DNA of 64,000 bases from Malacoraja senta (GCA_038087875.1 CM075988.1:3844001-3908000); one strand, 5' to 3'; shown: positions 1 through 13,387, counted from the first letter of the stretch. Program-made: numbers and translations. Notes: a model not told the origin generated them from the sequence alone.

Positions 1-344
1 GCACGACGACACAATGATAAATGTATAGAACATACAGCTGCACAGCTACTTCTGCTGGGGTCTTTATTCAGTTACCATTGTCTGTCACCACGCTGTGTTT
101 GCTGCCGACTACAACTAATCTTTAGGAGTCAAACTTGGAATGCATGGTCGTGTGCTTCCAGTCTCACCTCATTAACTGTTCACTCAACTTTGTCAGTTTT
201 GTTTGTGGATCTTCTATCTTCCTCCTTGTGATGTATATGTGTGTGTGCACGCACGTGGGCCTTCACACTCAAACACGGTGATATATGAAGCTACTGGGAC
301 TTATACACCTGGTCTAAGAGGTGCTAACTATACTGAACAGGGCT

Positions 345-975
345 GTGAGTGTGTGTGTGTGTGTGTCTGTGTCTGTGTGTATGTGTGTGTTGGGGGGGCT
401 GTGTGTGTGGGAGGGAGGGCTGTGTGTGTGTGTGTGTGTGTTTGTGTCTGTGTGCATGTATGTGTGTGTTTGTGTGTGTCTGCATTTGTGAGTGTGTGTC
501 TGTGTGCATGTGCATGTGTGTGTGTATATGTCTGTCTGTGTGTGTGAGTGTGCATGTGAGTGTGTGTGTGTGTCTGTGTACACATGTGTGTATGCGTGTG
601 TGTATGTGTCTGTACGTGTGTGTGTGTGTCTATGTGCATGTGTTTGTACATCTGTGTGTCTGTGTGTGTATGTGTGTCTATCTGTGTATGTGTGTGCATG
701 TGTGCATGTGTGCGTGTGTGCATGTGTCTGTACCTGTGTGTGTGTCTGCGTATGTGTCTGTGTATGTCTATGTGCATGTCCATGTGCTTGTGTTTGAACA
801 TCTGTTCGTCTGTGTGTGTATGTGTGTCTATCTGTGTATGTGTACATCTGTGTGTGTGTCTGTGTGCATGTGTGTGTCTGTGTGCATGTGTGTGTCGGTG
901 GGCATGTGCGTGTCGGTGGGCATGTGCGTGTTGGTGGGCGTGTGCGTGTCGGTGGGCGTGTGCGTGCGTATACAC
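345..975. repeat. Degenerate (TG)n compound microsatellite
   Basis: Visible directly; produces spurious Cys/Val and His/Thr ORFs. Confidence 0.97.
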
Positions 976-1077
976 GTATAGACTACTGTACCCCTCTGTT
1001 AAACTGAAGCATAGATACATTAAATACCAAAAGGTGGGCTCGTGGAATGGTTGGGAGTTGAGTGGGTTGCAGGGGAA

Positions 1078-1290
1078 GTGTGTAGGAAGGAACTGCAGAT
1101 GCTGGTTTAAACCGAAGATATACACAAAATGCTGGAGTAACTCAGCGGGACAGGCAGCATCTCTTGAGAGAAGGATTGGATAACATTTCGGGTCGAGACC
1201 CTTCTTCAGAATAGTTAGGGAAAAGGGAACCGAGAGATATAGACAATGATATAGATAAATAACAGTGCATGAAAGATATGCAAAAAAATA
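1078..1290 (-). mobile_element. Penelope pseudo-LTR, left part (split by the DIRS insertion; continues at 6398-6562)
   Basis: Typical pLTR sequence with hammerhead-like core at 1182-1209. Resumes after 6403 and runs into the GIY-YIG C-terminal coding tail (GSLQTSGMNIAFSNFK). Confidence 0.8.
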
Positions 1291-1507
1291 GTAAGATTAA
1301 ATGAGAACTTACCAGTTTGAAGTTTGATCTTTATTTTATGAGGAGTTACGTTGAGGGATTACGTGAAGACCCCGCCAGGCCGCATGCGCATCAATCTTCA
1401 AAGCAGCGGAGTGACAATCACAGATAACAGTAGTCGAACTAAACATAGTAAGATAAGAGAACTAGCATACCAGCTGACCTTTATGATAGAGGGTTGGGAG
1501 CGGAGGG

Positions 1508-1620
1508 CACGTAATCCCTCAACGTAACTCCTCATAAAATAAAGATCAAACTTCAAACTGGTAACTTCTCATTTAATCTTACTATTTTACTTTGGAGTCA
1601 CGTGAGTGACTATGTGAAGA
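1508..1620. other. DIRS internal complementary region (ICR)
   Basis: 1508-1588 is the reverse complement of 1285-1365 (80/81). 1583-1620 is the reverse complement of 6366-6403 (34/38). Confidence 0.92.
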
Positions 1621-3169
1621 TTTCAAAGCTCTGTAATTTCATGCCGTGGATACAAGTCCATGCGTCACACACTGCATCAGTTGACCAATGACGAGTGAAC
1701 ATTAATAATGCATTCAGACATGACATAGATATAGACATGTTGATGCTTTTAATGAACAATTAATGATAATAGTAACCTCCCTCAACCGGTAGGAAACTAT
1801 AAACAGAACCGAACATAGAGTTGGCAAATACCCCAGGCCTGGCAATGGGTTAGTTCTAAAATGTTTGGAAGATCGTTCGTTTGACCATCCTGCAGCCACT
1901 AGGATGTGGTCCCGCGAAACGTCCATAACCCTGCTGCTGATGTTGTTGCAGCCCTGGTGGAGTGAGGCTTAAAAATGTCAGTGTTCACTCCTGTATAAGC
2001 CAGAACCCGTTAACCACCTGGAGATGGTCTGTAGTGATACCTACTTATGAGGCTTTATGTAACTAACAAATGTTGCTAGCTCAGATTCTTTAAGCTCTTA
2101 GTGACCTTAACATACTGGTGTAGATGTGTGACCACAAACAACCGAAGGTCCAAGGGATATGCCAACAAGTCTAGTTTAAGACCTGATGCCCCTGATCTAT
2201 TCTGCTTGACTAAGACATAACCATAAAATGTTATATTTCTTGCAGATATAATCATCCTGTCCAGTCCCTAGCTTATGCAATGACTGGACCCGTTGCGCTG
2301 GACTCAGCGCCATGAGCATAACCACTTTGTAAGTGAGTTTGACCAAGGACAGGGATGTAGCTGGATCCCACCGGCGAAGCGGCGTTAGCACAATGTTAAC
2401 ATCCCATATCTCTGCGTACCTGGGCCTGGGAGGTTTTGAGTATGAAGATACCCTTCATAATTTAGATATCAGAGAGCGAGACCCAACAGAGTGGATTCTG
2501 CTCCCCGCAGCCAATATGATGAGAAGGCACGTTCGGCACAATAAATGGCACTAACTTAATATTTGTCAAAACCCATATAATCTGAACTTCAAGATGTCAG
2601 TCATCCGTGCCGAAACATATGTAATATTAGCATAAAACTACTACTACCCATCTCCTTATGAGGAAAATACAGCTTATTTGGTGCTATCCCTGCAATCTGC
2701 AGTGAGCATGTCCATGGTTTGGTTTAACAACCCGAGTCACAGGAACGGTCTTCTCAAAGTCTGTAAGTCAATGAATTGATTTTATCATGCAGAGGATGGT
2801 TTACCGAGTCATGGCTAAACCAGCAAATCTGTGTGTCTAGAAATAACCATATGATCATTCCCCACATCAGCAGGAACCATGGCTGTAAATGCCAGTCAGG
2901 CACTACGAAGAAGCCTGAAGCGGGAACTTGCTGAATTTTTTGCAAGTCCCGTCTGATGAGGCAAAATGGAGGAAGAAATAAAAGAACATTCCTCCCCAGT
3001 GTAGCGAGAATGCATCCATCGCCACTGATATGCCACATATTTTTTGCAACTGGTTATTGAGCCTGGATGAAAATATCTCGATCTTTTAGTGTTCCATCGA
3101 GCCATAATGTCATTAAATACTTTGTGATCCAACATCCATTCTGTGTTATCATTGATTTTACATAATGTG

Positions 3170-3605
3170 GGCCCTTTGCCGAGGGCCGCCAGCATTGCAT
3201 CTCTGCCCAGCGTGGCCTGCGGACTTTGGGAGCCGCGGACTCCGGTAGGAGGTGGCCGACTCTGATGTCCAGGCCGCTGAGGAGGTCCCCCAGCCCCGAC
3301 GTCGGACATACATCACCCCGGCTAGAGGGCCTGAACATCGGGCCGCCCGTAGCGGCGACTGCGGAGGGCTCGGGGAGGCCCCGACCACGGGTGACCATTG
3401 GGGAACATTAGAGGAAGAGGACTGACTTTGGTGCCTTCCCTCACAGTGGGAAACTTTTGATTCTGCTGTGTGGGGATGTTTTTATGTTGAACTCTATCGT
3501 GTGTGGTGTTCTTTATTTTTTATTGTATGGCTGTATGGTGAACACGCATTTCACTTTGCCAACTGGCACATGAGACAAATAAATGTATCTTGTATCTCTT
3601 GATAC
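3170..3605 (+). mobile_element. 5'-truncated member of the same GC-rich family, inserted in the DIRS element
   Basis: GC-rich body, cacag hairpin, AATAAA and (TGTATCT)n tail. Interrupts the DIRS pol region. Confidence 0.55.
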
Positions 3606-6589
3606 ACCAGTGCTAAATGAGGGTAGGTAAACTATCTCCGGATACTTTAACTTGGTTGCACCCATGTGATTAACATACCACCACCAAAGTGCATCAACTT
3701 GGACTTGAGCATGCAGATCATGCATATCCGCACAAATCTTTAACCCATAGAATGCACCTAGTGTCTATAGGTAGTTGATACCTTATAACTGAAGAATTGG
3801 CAACTCATGCAATCCCATCCACCTTCCATCTTTGAGCAATAGCATCAATTTGTAATTAACTGAAGATTTACTGCTGAAAAGTTAGTGGAGCAATGCTCAA
3901 CACTGTTTGTCCACCATGGTGAGTTTGATAGTTTCAGCTGGAATAGCCTAGGTCTGGTAACAATGACCTACATGGTACTTGAGAGCTTGGTCCTTTGCAC
4001 GTGTATACTGATAATGCAAAGGCCAATTAGCACAGCTGAAAGCCCATATATTGCCAATTATAATTGATGAATAGAAGGCTGCTTGATAACAACAACAAGG
4101 TTGTTACAGGCTTCAATTAATTCCAATCTCTTGCCTCAGGGCGGAGTCCCAGACAAATTAATAGAGTTAAAGGTAAATCCCAATAATCAATCATTTCAGT
4201 TGGTATCAACTTAAATGTAACTGGATGGGTGAGAAACCCAATTTCTCAAATATAGTTTGGTGGCTGATACAGCTAATTTGGCAAAATACAGCGTTTAGAA
4301 TGTCATCCCGTTTGGCCATAACAATTGTTTTTTAGCTCTGAGGAGTTGAAGCACTGGCTTTAGTAATTTGGTAAATAACCTGGGAGCTGAAGTTAGCCCA
4401 TTTTGCAACGTTTCTACCTGTATCATTGCCCCATCCAGCTAAATTTCAAATATCTCCTGTGCCCTGTCAATGGAAACTGATCCCATGGAAGTTAACCAGC
4501 CACGAAGTTTCCTATTCAGAAATGTCTATACTGCACATGCGAGTTGAACCTGTTGACAATGAACAGGCCACATCTGCCATAATTCCGAGCCTGCCTTGAA
4601 AGGCAACTCCCTTGCTTGTATGCTGTGCAGTATAAACTAATCTCATGATATCATTGTCATCTGTACAAATACCAAGTGTAAATATTACCAACGTATCCGT
4701 AACAGGAGGCATCATATGGCTCCTTCATCCTTCATACCTCCGAATGGGAGGACTTATGCAACCTGAACCAGGAGTTGCCTCAACCAGCTTCATCCATTCT
4801 ACATCCGAATGGGAGGACTTATGCAACCTGACCCAGGAGCTGCCTCAGGCATGTGTGCATGTATTTTAGCACCATCTCCATCACTACATTCGATCGAGTG
4901 GGAGGAATTGCAACCCTGAAACAGGTGTCGCTTCAGGCACATGTGCACTTCTGTAGCACCCTCTACCACTCCGTTCCTTTGAGTGGGAGGAAATTTGCAA
5001 CCCTGAAACAGGAGCTGCTATCTGACATGCCTTAGGATGGAGCATTCTTGACTGCGACGAGTCGCAATCTTGTCTGACATAGATGCCCAAGATTTGGCAC
5101 TCACTCTGAGTTGGGGTTTGTCAGGTTGCTTCCTTCAGCAGCCGCCAGGACTAGTTGCTCCTTTCCAATGCCAATGCAGTCTACAGGGAAGGACTGGAGT
5201 GCCTCTAGCCCCCGTATGCCAGACCTAGTGGGAGAAATGCTGGAAAAACCTGCCAGTTATTTGTCATGGGCAAAGACGTTTACATAAACGAAGACGCCCA
5301 CCCAGTTAAATCAAAGATTTGATTACTTTATTGATATGACTAAACTCGGTGTCTCGGGGAAGAATCTTCCACAGTCCCTTTAATGAGCGGAATTACCATG
5401 ACACCACTATGTGTAGAACTGAAACAATTAATCAGAGGGTATCAGCATAATGGTGCCTACCCTGTATAGCCATATACTTGAAAGGATACACTATAACTGC
5501 TAATGCCATGGAAGCTTAGGGGTGTTTATGCCATTAGTAACGCTCATGAATGGCAGCATGTGCCATGGACATTCCTCCGGGGTTGGGGTCAGTCACACAC
5601 TGACCCATGCACGCCTCTCTACCGAGAGGGAGATCTGTGAGCAGCCCTGTACACAGGTGCTGCCGTAAACCTCCGTGGACCTTGTACTGATATGGCCCTG
5701 TTTTAGTGGACCATATCAGGCTGGGTAAGACGTCCGAGGACGTACCCTAGAATATCGGAGGGGACCCCTCCTCGCCAGGCTCGTCCAGCCCGGGCCTCTC
5801 CGACTTTGTTTGGTTGCCTACCTTTGGGCTGCCCAAGTCAAAGTTGCTGACCCTCCAAGCGGGGTTGCCTGGGTGTTACCGGCACCAGTCTGAAGCCGCT
5901 GGCTCCACCGCCAGCGACCCAAAAAGGTGAATTCGACCGTCGCCCGCTAGCCACATTCCGCGGTCTCCGTAGTGGGTTCCCCGTGGTCCCTGAAGAAGGG
6001 ATTCCCCGCGAAGTCCATGTCGGGTTTTCCCCGCGGTTTTCGCAGCCGGGATTCCCTCTGCGGTCCCTGTAGATGGGCTTCCCCGCAATGTCTGTGGTCG
6101 GGCTTCCCCCGAGCCGGATCTCCGCAGTTTTCGCAGCTGGGATCCCCCCCCCCGTGGTCCCTGTAGACGAGAGCTGGGTGAAGCCGGGATTTCGACCCCG
6201 GAACGTCTCCAGCAGGAACTCTGTAAAGAGCTTCCTGCAAGGAGAAAACAGACCTGGAAAAAGTTAAAACCTACCTTCAGGTTTGACCGCTAGTGGAGCA
6301 GCGCTCCCACCAGCCATCGTTGCGCAATGCGTTAGACAATATGATGCGCATGCAGACTGGTGGAGTCTTCACGTAGTCACTCATGTGACTCTGAAGTAAA
6401 ATAACAATGATAAAGAAAACATGCCTTTGTTAGCTGTTTGTTGGGTGAAAACAGGAAACTGGTGGGAGTTGGGTGGGGGGAGGGATTGAGGGCGAGGGAA
6501 AGCAGGGGTTACTTGAAGTTAGAGAAAGCAATATTCATACCACTGGTCTGTAAGCTGCCCAATTAGAGTTTGTGTTTTAGTTTGGTTTA

Positions 6590-7455
6590 TTAGATTAGAT
6601 TAGATTAGATTTTATTCTTGTCATTTGAACCTCAAAGAGGTTCAAACGAAACTCCGTTTCCACAGCCATACAAACAAAACAATTCCTACACGACACACAA
6701 AGAATTCAATCTACAGAAAAACATCCATCACAGTGAATCTCCTCCTCACTGTGATGGAAGGCAAAGTCATTTCTCTCCCCTGCACCATTTTTCTCCCGAT
6801 GTTGAAGCCCCAGGCGGGCAATGATAAGTCCCACGGCCGTTGAGGCCACGCCGGGCGGTATACGGCCTCGCTCCGGGCCCAAAAGTCACAAAGTTGGAGC
6901 CCCCGGCGGGCGCTGGAATGTCCCATCGCTTTAACATTAAAGCCACGCCGGGCGATTTACGGCCCCGCTCCGGGTCGTTCCAACCCCGCGACACGGGCGG
7001 GAGAAGTTGCGTTGCGGGAGCTCCGGAAAGCGGTCTCTCACCCGGACCCGCGAGCTCCCGATATCACTGTCCACAGGTCTGCAGCTTGAGCTCCGGAGTC
7101 GGGCCGCAGCAGCGAGCCACCACCGCTCCTCACGCTCCGAGGACGGCCAGCCCCACGATGGTAAGTCCGCAGCTCCGCAGGCTCCGCGACTGGAGCCCCC
7201 AGGTCGTCCTGGTCGGAGGCCGCTCCACGGAGTTAGGCCCCAACGACAACGGAGACCCGACAGCGAAAAAGTCGGGTCTCCCGTACAGGGAAGAGATTTT
7301 TTTTTAAGTTTCCCCCTCCCCCCCCCGGCCCCCCACATATACACAGTTAAAAACAGTATAAAAAAACACAAACAACTACATTTAACGAGACAAAAATAAA
7401 AAAAGACAAACGGACTGCAGTCGAGCCGCTGCCGTTAGGCGCTGCCTCACCCCCC
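6590..7455 (-). mobile_element. GC-rich non-coding retroposon-like repeat (related to 29080-29545 and 3170-3605)
   Basis: (CTAAT)n tail, hairpins at 6725-6757 and 7251-7281, collinear similarity to 29085-29330. Confidence 0.65.
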
Positions 7456-7469
7456 ACCTACACCCACTA

Positions 7470-7970
7470 GTGCCAAGTGTACTGAGATACAGTGAAATGC
7501 TTCTTTGTTGCATGCAAAAGGACAAGGAATTACATTTCATTACAATCAAACCACCTACAATGTACAGATACAAGGTAAAGGGGATAATATTCAGTGCAAG
7601 ATACAGTTCAGTAAAGTCTGATCAAAGGTAGTCCAAAGGTGTCCAATGGGGTAGATAGTAGGTCAGGACTGCTCTCTAGTTGGTGATTAGAATGGTTCGG
7701 TTGCCTGTCTAACAGCTGGGTAGAAACTGTCCCTGAATCTTTGCACCTCTGGCCTGATGGGAGAGAGCAGAAGAGGGAGACTCCTCCATGATTATACTGG
7801 CGGCCTTGCTGAGGCAGCGTGAAGTGTAGATGGAGTCGATGGAAGGGAAGTTGGTTTGTGTGATGGTCTGGGCTGCGTCCACAATTCTCTGCAATTTCTT
7901 GCGGTGTTGGATGGAGCTGTTCCCAAACCAAGCTGTGACACATTCTGATGAAATGCTTTCTACGGCACTT
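7470..7970 (-). mobile_element. Rex1/Babar LINE 3' fragment (similar pieces at ~9200-9520, 20850-21580, 57170-57375, 58995-59240, 61305-61695, 63810-64000)
   Basis: QRIVDAAQTITQTNFPSIDSIYTSRCLSKAASII and shared 3' UTR. Confidence 0.75.
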
Positions 7971-10184
7971 TAATGCCGGACCCCTTGTGGTTTCAAGAAG
8001 GGCAGATTCTAACCATGTACTGAGCCAAGAGAGTTGTATAGATAGGGAGGGGGGGGGGGGATACAGACAGACTAGATTTCTCCAGAGTGAAGCTTCATCT
8101 TGGACGATGGTGAGCGAACACGTTGGCTGTGAAGTGTCAAAATTCAGGAGGAGGTTTTGGCACAAGCGAGGCTGCATGCCAGCATTGCCAGACAGCCTGG
8201 GCAGGGTAGCTGCCAGGCCTTGAGGCTCAGGGGCCCTGCTGATAGAGCTTTGCCCTTTCAATGCCCACCCTCCGCCCCACAAACAGCCACACCGCCAACT
8301 GTTGCTGCGGAGAAGTCTTCACCTTGAGAGCGTCTTTGCCACAGACGGCTGTGGAGGCCAAGTCAGTGGATATTTTTAAGGGAGAGATAGATAGATTCTC
8401 GATTAGCACGGGTGTCAGAGGTTGTGGGGAGAGGGCAGGAGAATGGGGTTAGGAGGGAAAGATACAGTAGATCAGCCATGATTGTTTAGAGATACAGTGC
8501 GGAAACAGGCCCTTCGACCCACCGGGTCCGCGCCGACCAGCGATCCCCGCACATTAACACAATCCTACACCCACTAGGGACAATTTTCACATTTACCAAG
8601 CCAATTTACCAACTCACGCAGGTCATGGGGAGAACGTACAAATTCCGTACAGACAGCACCCGTAGTCGGGATCGAACGCAGGTCTCCGGCGCGGCATTCG
8701 CTGTAAGGCAGCAACTCTATCGCTGCGCCATTGTGGCCACCGTGAATGGCGGAGTCGACTTGATGGGCCGTATGGCCTAATTCTGCTTCTATCACTTATG
8801 ACCTTATGACCACTCTGCACCAAGGCAGCAGGCCACTGAACAAACATGACTGGGAATAGACACAAAAAGCTGGAGTAACTCAGCGGGTCAAACACTCCAG
8901 CATTTTGTGTCTACCTTCGACGTCAACCAGCACCTGCAGTTCCTTCCTGCACAAACAGGACTGGAACGTGGATTGGCTGCAGAGGCAGTGGGAGGGAGGG
9001 CGAGGACATCTGATCAGCAGCATTTGTGGGCAGGTCGCCGTTACGGTCAAATCATCTACCTCCCCCTCTTGCTGCCCCTCTGCACCTCCTCTCTGTTTCT
9101 GCAGCCTCTCAAACATTCACAACGCAAAGTCAGACACAAAATTCTGGAGTAACTCAGCGGGTGAGGCAGCATCTCTGGAGAAAAGGAATAGGTGACGTTA
9201 CTTTCTTGTCCTTGCTCCCATCCAGCAGAAGGTACAGCAGCTTGGAAGAGCGCACCAACAGACTCCTGAATGGACCTCCCATGAACTAAGATACTGTTTG
9301 GTTTCACCTCTACCTCATCGTGAACATTGGACTTTGTCTCTGGAACTGATGCTCTACAATGCTGAGAACTAGATTCTGTCCACTGTATCTCCCCCTTTGC
9401 TCTACCTATTAGACTTGAGTCTGACTTGATTGGATGGTATATCTGATCTGGTTGGACAACATGCAAAAACAAGACTTCTCACTGGACCTCGTACACGTGA
9501 CAATAACAAAAACTCAAACCTCCCATTACTTCCCGTCAAACAAGTTGCTGAAAAACAACCCATTTGGAAGTTGGTCCATACAGGCTGAAGCAGTGATGAT
9601 GAAGCATGATGATGTCCACAGTCAAATAGACTGATGACCTAGGCCGACATGGGCGATGCATCTGAGCATTGCCATTGCCAATAAACCAAACCTGAAGGTC
9701 ACCTTTGGGAGAAAGGTACTCTAGGAACCGTCTTATTAATTTACTTTTTATGAATTATACTGGTGCAACACCCAGGTTCGATCCCAACTACGGGTGATGT
9801 CCGTACAGAGTTTGTACGTTCTCCCCGTGACCTGCGTGGGTTTTCTCCAAGATCTTTGGTTTCCTCCCACTCTCCAAAGACGTACAGGTTTGTGGGTTAA
9901 TTGGCTGGGTATAAATGTAAATAGTCCGAGGTATGTGTAGGGTTAGTGTTAATGTTAATATGCGCTGTGTTAGTGTGCGGGGATCGCTGGTCGGCACGGA
10001 ATCGGTGGGCCGAAGGGCCTGTTTCTGCTCTGTATCTCTAAAACTAAAAATAAAATAAAACACCAGAATGAGCCATAATACTGTTTAGCATCTATTGCAT
10101 GGATCATCACTCTACCATCAGTAGTATTCCTTTAACTGGTCCTAATTGGTGTGCTCCCTATATCAACCAGTACCAATCACAATA

Positions 10185-10425
10185 CGTGTAAAAGGGAACT
10201 GCAGATGCTGGTTTATACCGAAGGTAAGCACAAAGTGCTGGAGTAACTCAGCGGGTCAGGCAGCATCTCTTGAGAAAAAAGGATGGGTGATGTTTCGGGT
10301 CGCGACCTTTCTTCAGACTCACAGTCACACTTCAGTCTGAAGAAGGTGCCCGACCCGAAACGTCACTCACCCTTTACCTTCAGAGATGCTGCCTGACCCG
10401 CTGAGTAACTCCAGGACTTTGTGTC
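10185..10425. mobile_element. Penelope pLTR inverted pair
   Basis: Two inverted pLTR ends, each with a hammerhead-like core. Imperfect TSD taccaatcacaata/taccaatcatcata. Confidence 0.8.
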
Positions 10426-11930
10426 TACCAATCATCATATGTTCAGCTGAGCTTAGTGATGCAGGTTGGAAACAGACCCTTCAGCCCAACGGATCCACAC
10501 TGCCCATCACTCACTCGTTCACACGAGTTCTCTGTTATCTCACTTTTGCACCCACACTTTACACACTTGACAGAGGCAATTTACGGAGGACAATTAACCC
10601 CCAAACCCGCACGTCTTTGGGATGCAGGAGGAAATTAGAGCAGCCGGAGGAAACCCACGCGGTCACAGGGAGAACACAGCGACAACTCGGCACAAACAAC
10701 ACCTGAGGTCAGGGTCAAACCCAGGTCTCTGGCGTGGTAACTTGTGGCTCTACCGGCTGCACCACCGTGTTCTTTTGACTGACCGTGATACTCCCTTTCC
10801 TAACCAGTACTCGCGAGGTTGCCGTCTTGATCAACTAGCAGCACATATAATAGCTTTTAAATAACTTGTGGTCCCTGTAAAACCTCATCCACTGACTGGC
10901 ATTCACAGTGAAGCTTTCCTTATCTGAAGAACACTCAAATCATCTTCCTCAGAGTGATGTTGACTGCATTAAATTTCCAGCCAGTTACGGGGAGCTGGAC
11001 TGCTGCAGAGATGTTGGTACCTGGTTGACTGTGGCCCATTTCCCTTCACATCAAGTCGTTTACATTAGTTTACTTTAGTTTAGTTTAGACATACAGTGTG
11101 GGAAGGGGACCCATCTGTCCACCGGGTCTGCGCCCACCAGCGATCACCGGTACACTAGTTCTATCCCACACACACTGGGGACAATTTACAGAAGTCAATT
11201 AACCTACAAACCTGTACGTCATTAGAATGTGGGAGAAAACCAGAGCGCCTGGAGAAAACCCACGTGGTCACAGGGAGAACGTGTAAACTCTGTACAGAAT
11301 GCACCTGCAGTCAGGATTGAACCTGGGTCTGTGGCGCTGTGAGGCAGCAACTCTACCGCTGCGTCACCGTGCTGCCCTCTTTGTTGTTTTTACAGCACGT
11401 ACATCTTTATGTGTCTTTACAATCTCAGGATATTGGCAAGTGCAGTTAAAGACAAGAAAGCTGACCAGCAAGACTTCACTTAACTGGTGTAAGTAGCTGG
11501 GAGCAGTGCAGGGAAGGAGTAATTCTGAGTGAGATGCTTGTTAGCTATAGTTTGTTTTGAACTAGGACTGGTAATGAGAGCAAAAACACACCATGTACAA
11601 AGTGCCTCATCAAAGGTTTCAAACTGGTCTCAGGGCAACAGAGCAATAAATTGCTTGGAATCGCAGGCAGCACATGGCTTAATGCGTTAAGTGCTGCCGA
11701 TGTCATTCTAATTGAGGTGTGTGTACACAGAGAGGCTCCTGTACACACAGCCGTTCACTCAACTCTAGTACAGGAAACACAGGCAAGACTCAAAAAGCTG
11801 AGGCAACTCAGCGGGTGAGGCAGCCTCTCTGGAGAAAAGGAATAGGTGACGTCTCAAGTCGAGACCCACACGTGTACACAATGCTCAAGGAAGGAATATT
11901 ACTGATGTTGATGCTACCTTTACCTGACTC

Positions 11931-12290
11931 ATGGTGATGTTCCCAATGTTGGGGGTGTCCAGAACCAGGGGTCACAGAGTAAGAATAAGGGGTAGACCAT
12001 TGAGGACTGAGATGAGGAAAAACGTTTTCACCCAGAGAGAGGTGAATCTGTGGAATTCTCTGCCACGGCGTGCTGTTATGGTTATATGGTTATATGGATA
12101 TATGGAAGGCAGTGGAGGCCAATTCAATGGATGTATTCAAGAGAGTTAGGGTTAAAGGAATCAAGGGATATGGGAAGAAAGCAGAAACGGGGTACTGATT
12201 GTGGATGATCATCCATTGTCATATTGAATGGCGGTGCTGGCTCGAAGGGCCGAATGGCCTACTCCTGCACCTATTTTCTATCTTTCTATC
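11931..12290 (+). mobile_element. CR1 LINE 3' fragment (similar pieces at ~8320-8805, 16300-16565, 36375-36605, 50580-51000, 56145-56310, 57960-58200)
   Basis: SRTRGH...RKNVFTQREVNLWNSLP and the 3' UTR gggccgaatggcct hairpin. Confidence 0.85.
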
Positions 12291-12418
12291 CTGAATAACC
12301 AGCGACAGTCAGAACGTTCCTCTGGATGATTTGTGCTTCCTCTAACACCCCCTCACTCTCCAGTGCTGCAGGAAGCTGGACTGCAGTCGAGATATTTGTA
12401 CCTTGTTGATTGCACCTG

Positions 12419-12750
12419 ACGGCACGGTGCCACAGCGGTAGAGTTGCTGCCTTACAGCGTTTACAGCTCCGGAGACTCGGGTTCGATCCTGACTACGGGT
12501 GCTGTCTGTACGGAGTTTGCACGTTCTCCCCGTGACCTGCGTGGGTTTTCTCCAAGATCTTTGGTTTCCTCCCACACTCCAAAGACGTACAGGTTTGTAG
12601 GTTAATTGGCTTGGTATAAATGTAAAAAAGTTTAAAAGTTTCCCGAATGTCCCGATAGTGTTAGCTGGTCGGCGCGGACCCGTTGGGCCGAAGCGCCTGT
12701 TTCCGCGCTGTATCTCTAAAACGAAACTAAAAAACCTAAAACTAAAAACA
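12419..12750 (+). mobile_element. tRNA-derived V-SINE (HE1-like); representative of roughly 30 full or partial copies in the window
   Basis: A box TGCCACAGCGG, B box GGTTCGATCC, V-domain GGAGTTTGCACGTTCTCCCCGTG...GGTTTCCTCCCAC, CR1-like 3' end, (CTAAA)n tail. Other copies near 8484, 9771, 10465, 11075, 26594, 27615, 30797, 32955, 33900, 38438, 41400, 46478, 47285, 49620, 52610, 53270, 54652, 57417, 58740. Confidence 0.92.
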
Positions 12751-13387
12751 CCGTGGCACCTTGTAGTAAGTTGCTGACTTACTACAAGGTCACACTCACC
12801 ACTTACCTGCCCAACAATTCCCCATAGCTCAGGCCCACACCTTCTGACAACAGCCTTAATCAATCATCTCTGGACACTTTCCAGCTTAACGATATCCTTG
12901 CTGTGGCAGGGTGATCAAAACTGAACACAAAACTCCAAATGTGGCCTCGCCAATGTCTTGTACAACTGTAACAGATCATCCCAACTTCAATATGTGTATG
13001 AAGGAACTGCAGATGCTGGTTTAAATCAAAGATAGACACAAAAAGCTGGAGTAACTCAGCGGGACAGGCAGCATCGCTGGAGAGAAGGACTGGGTGACGT
13101 TTTGGGTCGAGACCCTTCTTCAGACTTGTTAGGGATAAGGCAAACAAGAGATATTGATGATGATGCTGAGAGATAAAGAAGAATGAATAAAAAATATTCA
13201 AGAATTAAAGTGTCCGGCAACGGGGAGATCAGGTAGGTTCAGGCAGGTTGAGCGAAGGTGGTCCGCCGAACTCCTGTCCCTATACCTCCTCCTTTGACTC
13301 TGTCCAGGGACCCCGACAGTCCTTTCAGGTTAGGCAGAGGCACATCCTCCAACCTCATCTACTGCATCCATCGTTCAAGATGTGGAC

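Larger units (their letters stand above)
1285..6403 (-). mobile_element. DIRS1-like tyrosine-recombinase retrotransposon, full length, ORFs decayed
   Basis: Minus-strand remnants: RT (NGLTSAPRLFTKLLKP ~4355-4410), RNase H (YVNHMG ~3660), MT-like (PPFCLI...VVPDWHLQPWF ~2875-2975), YR (LTYKVVMLMAL..QRVQSLH ~2275-2345, FKPHSTRAA ~1947-1975, ILVAAGWS ~1880-1905). ITR similarity between 1362-1404 and 6329-6373. ICR at 1508-1620. Confidence 0.92.

Noticed and set aside
203..1183. Long Cys/Val and His/Thr ORFs (also 28145-29306)
   Set aside because: Translations of (TG)n microsatellite.
5640..7455. GC/CpG-rich region as a CpG-island promoter or gene
   Set aside because: Explained by the DIRS 5' region and a GC-rich retroposon; the ORFs have no recognisable host domain.
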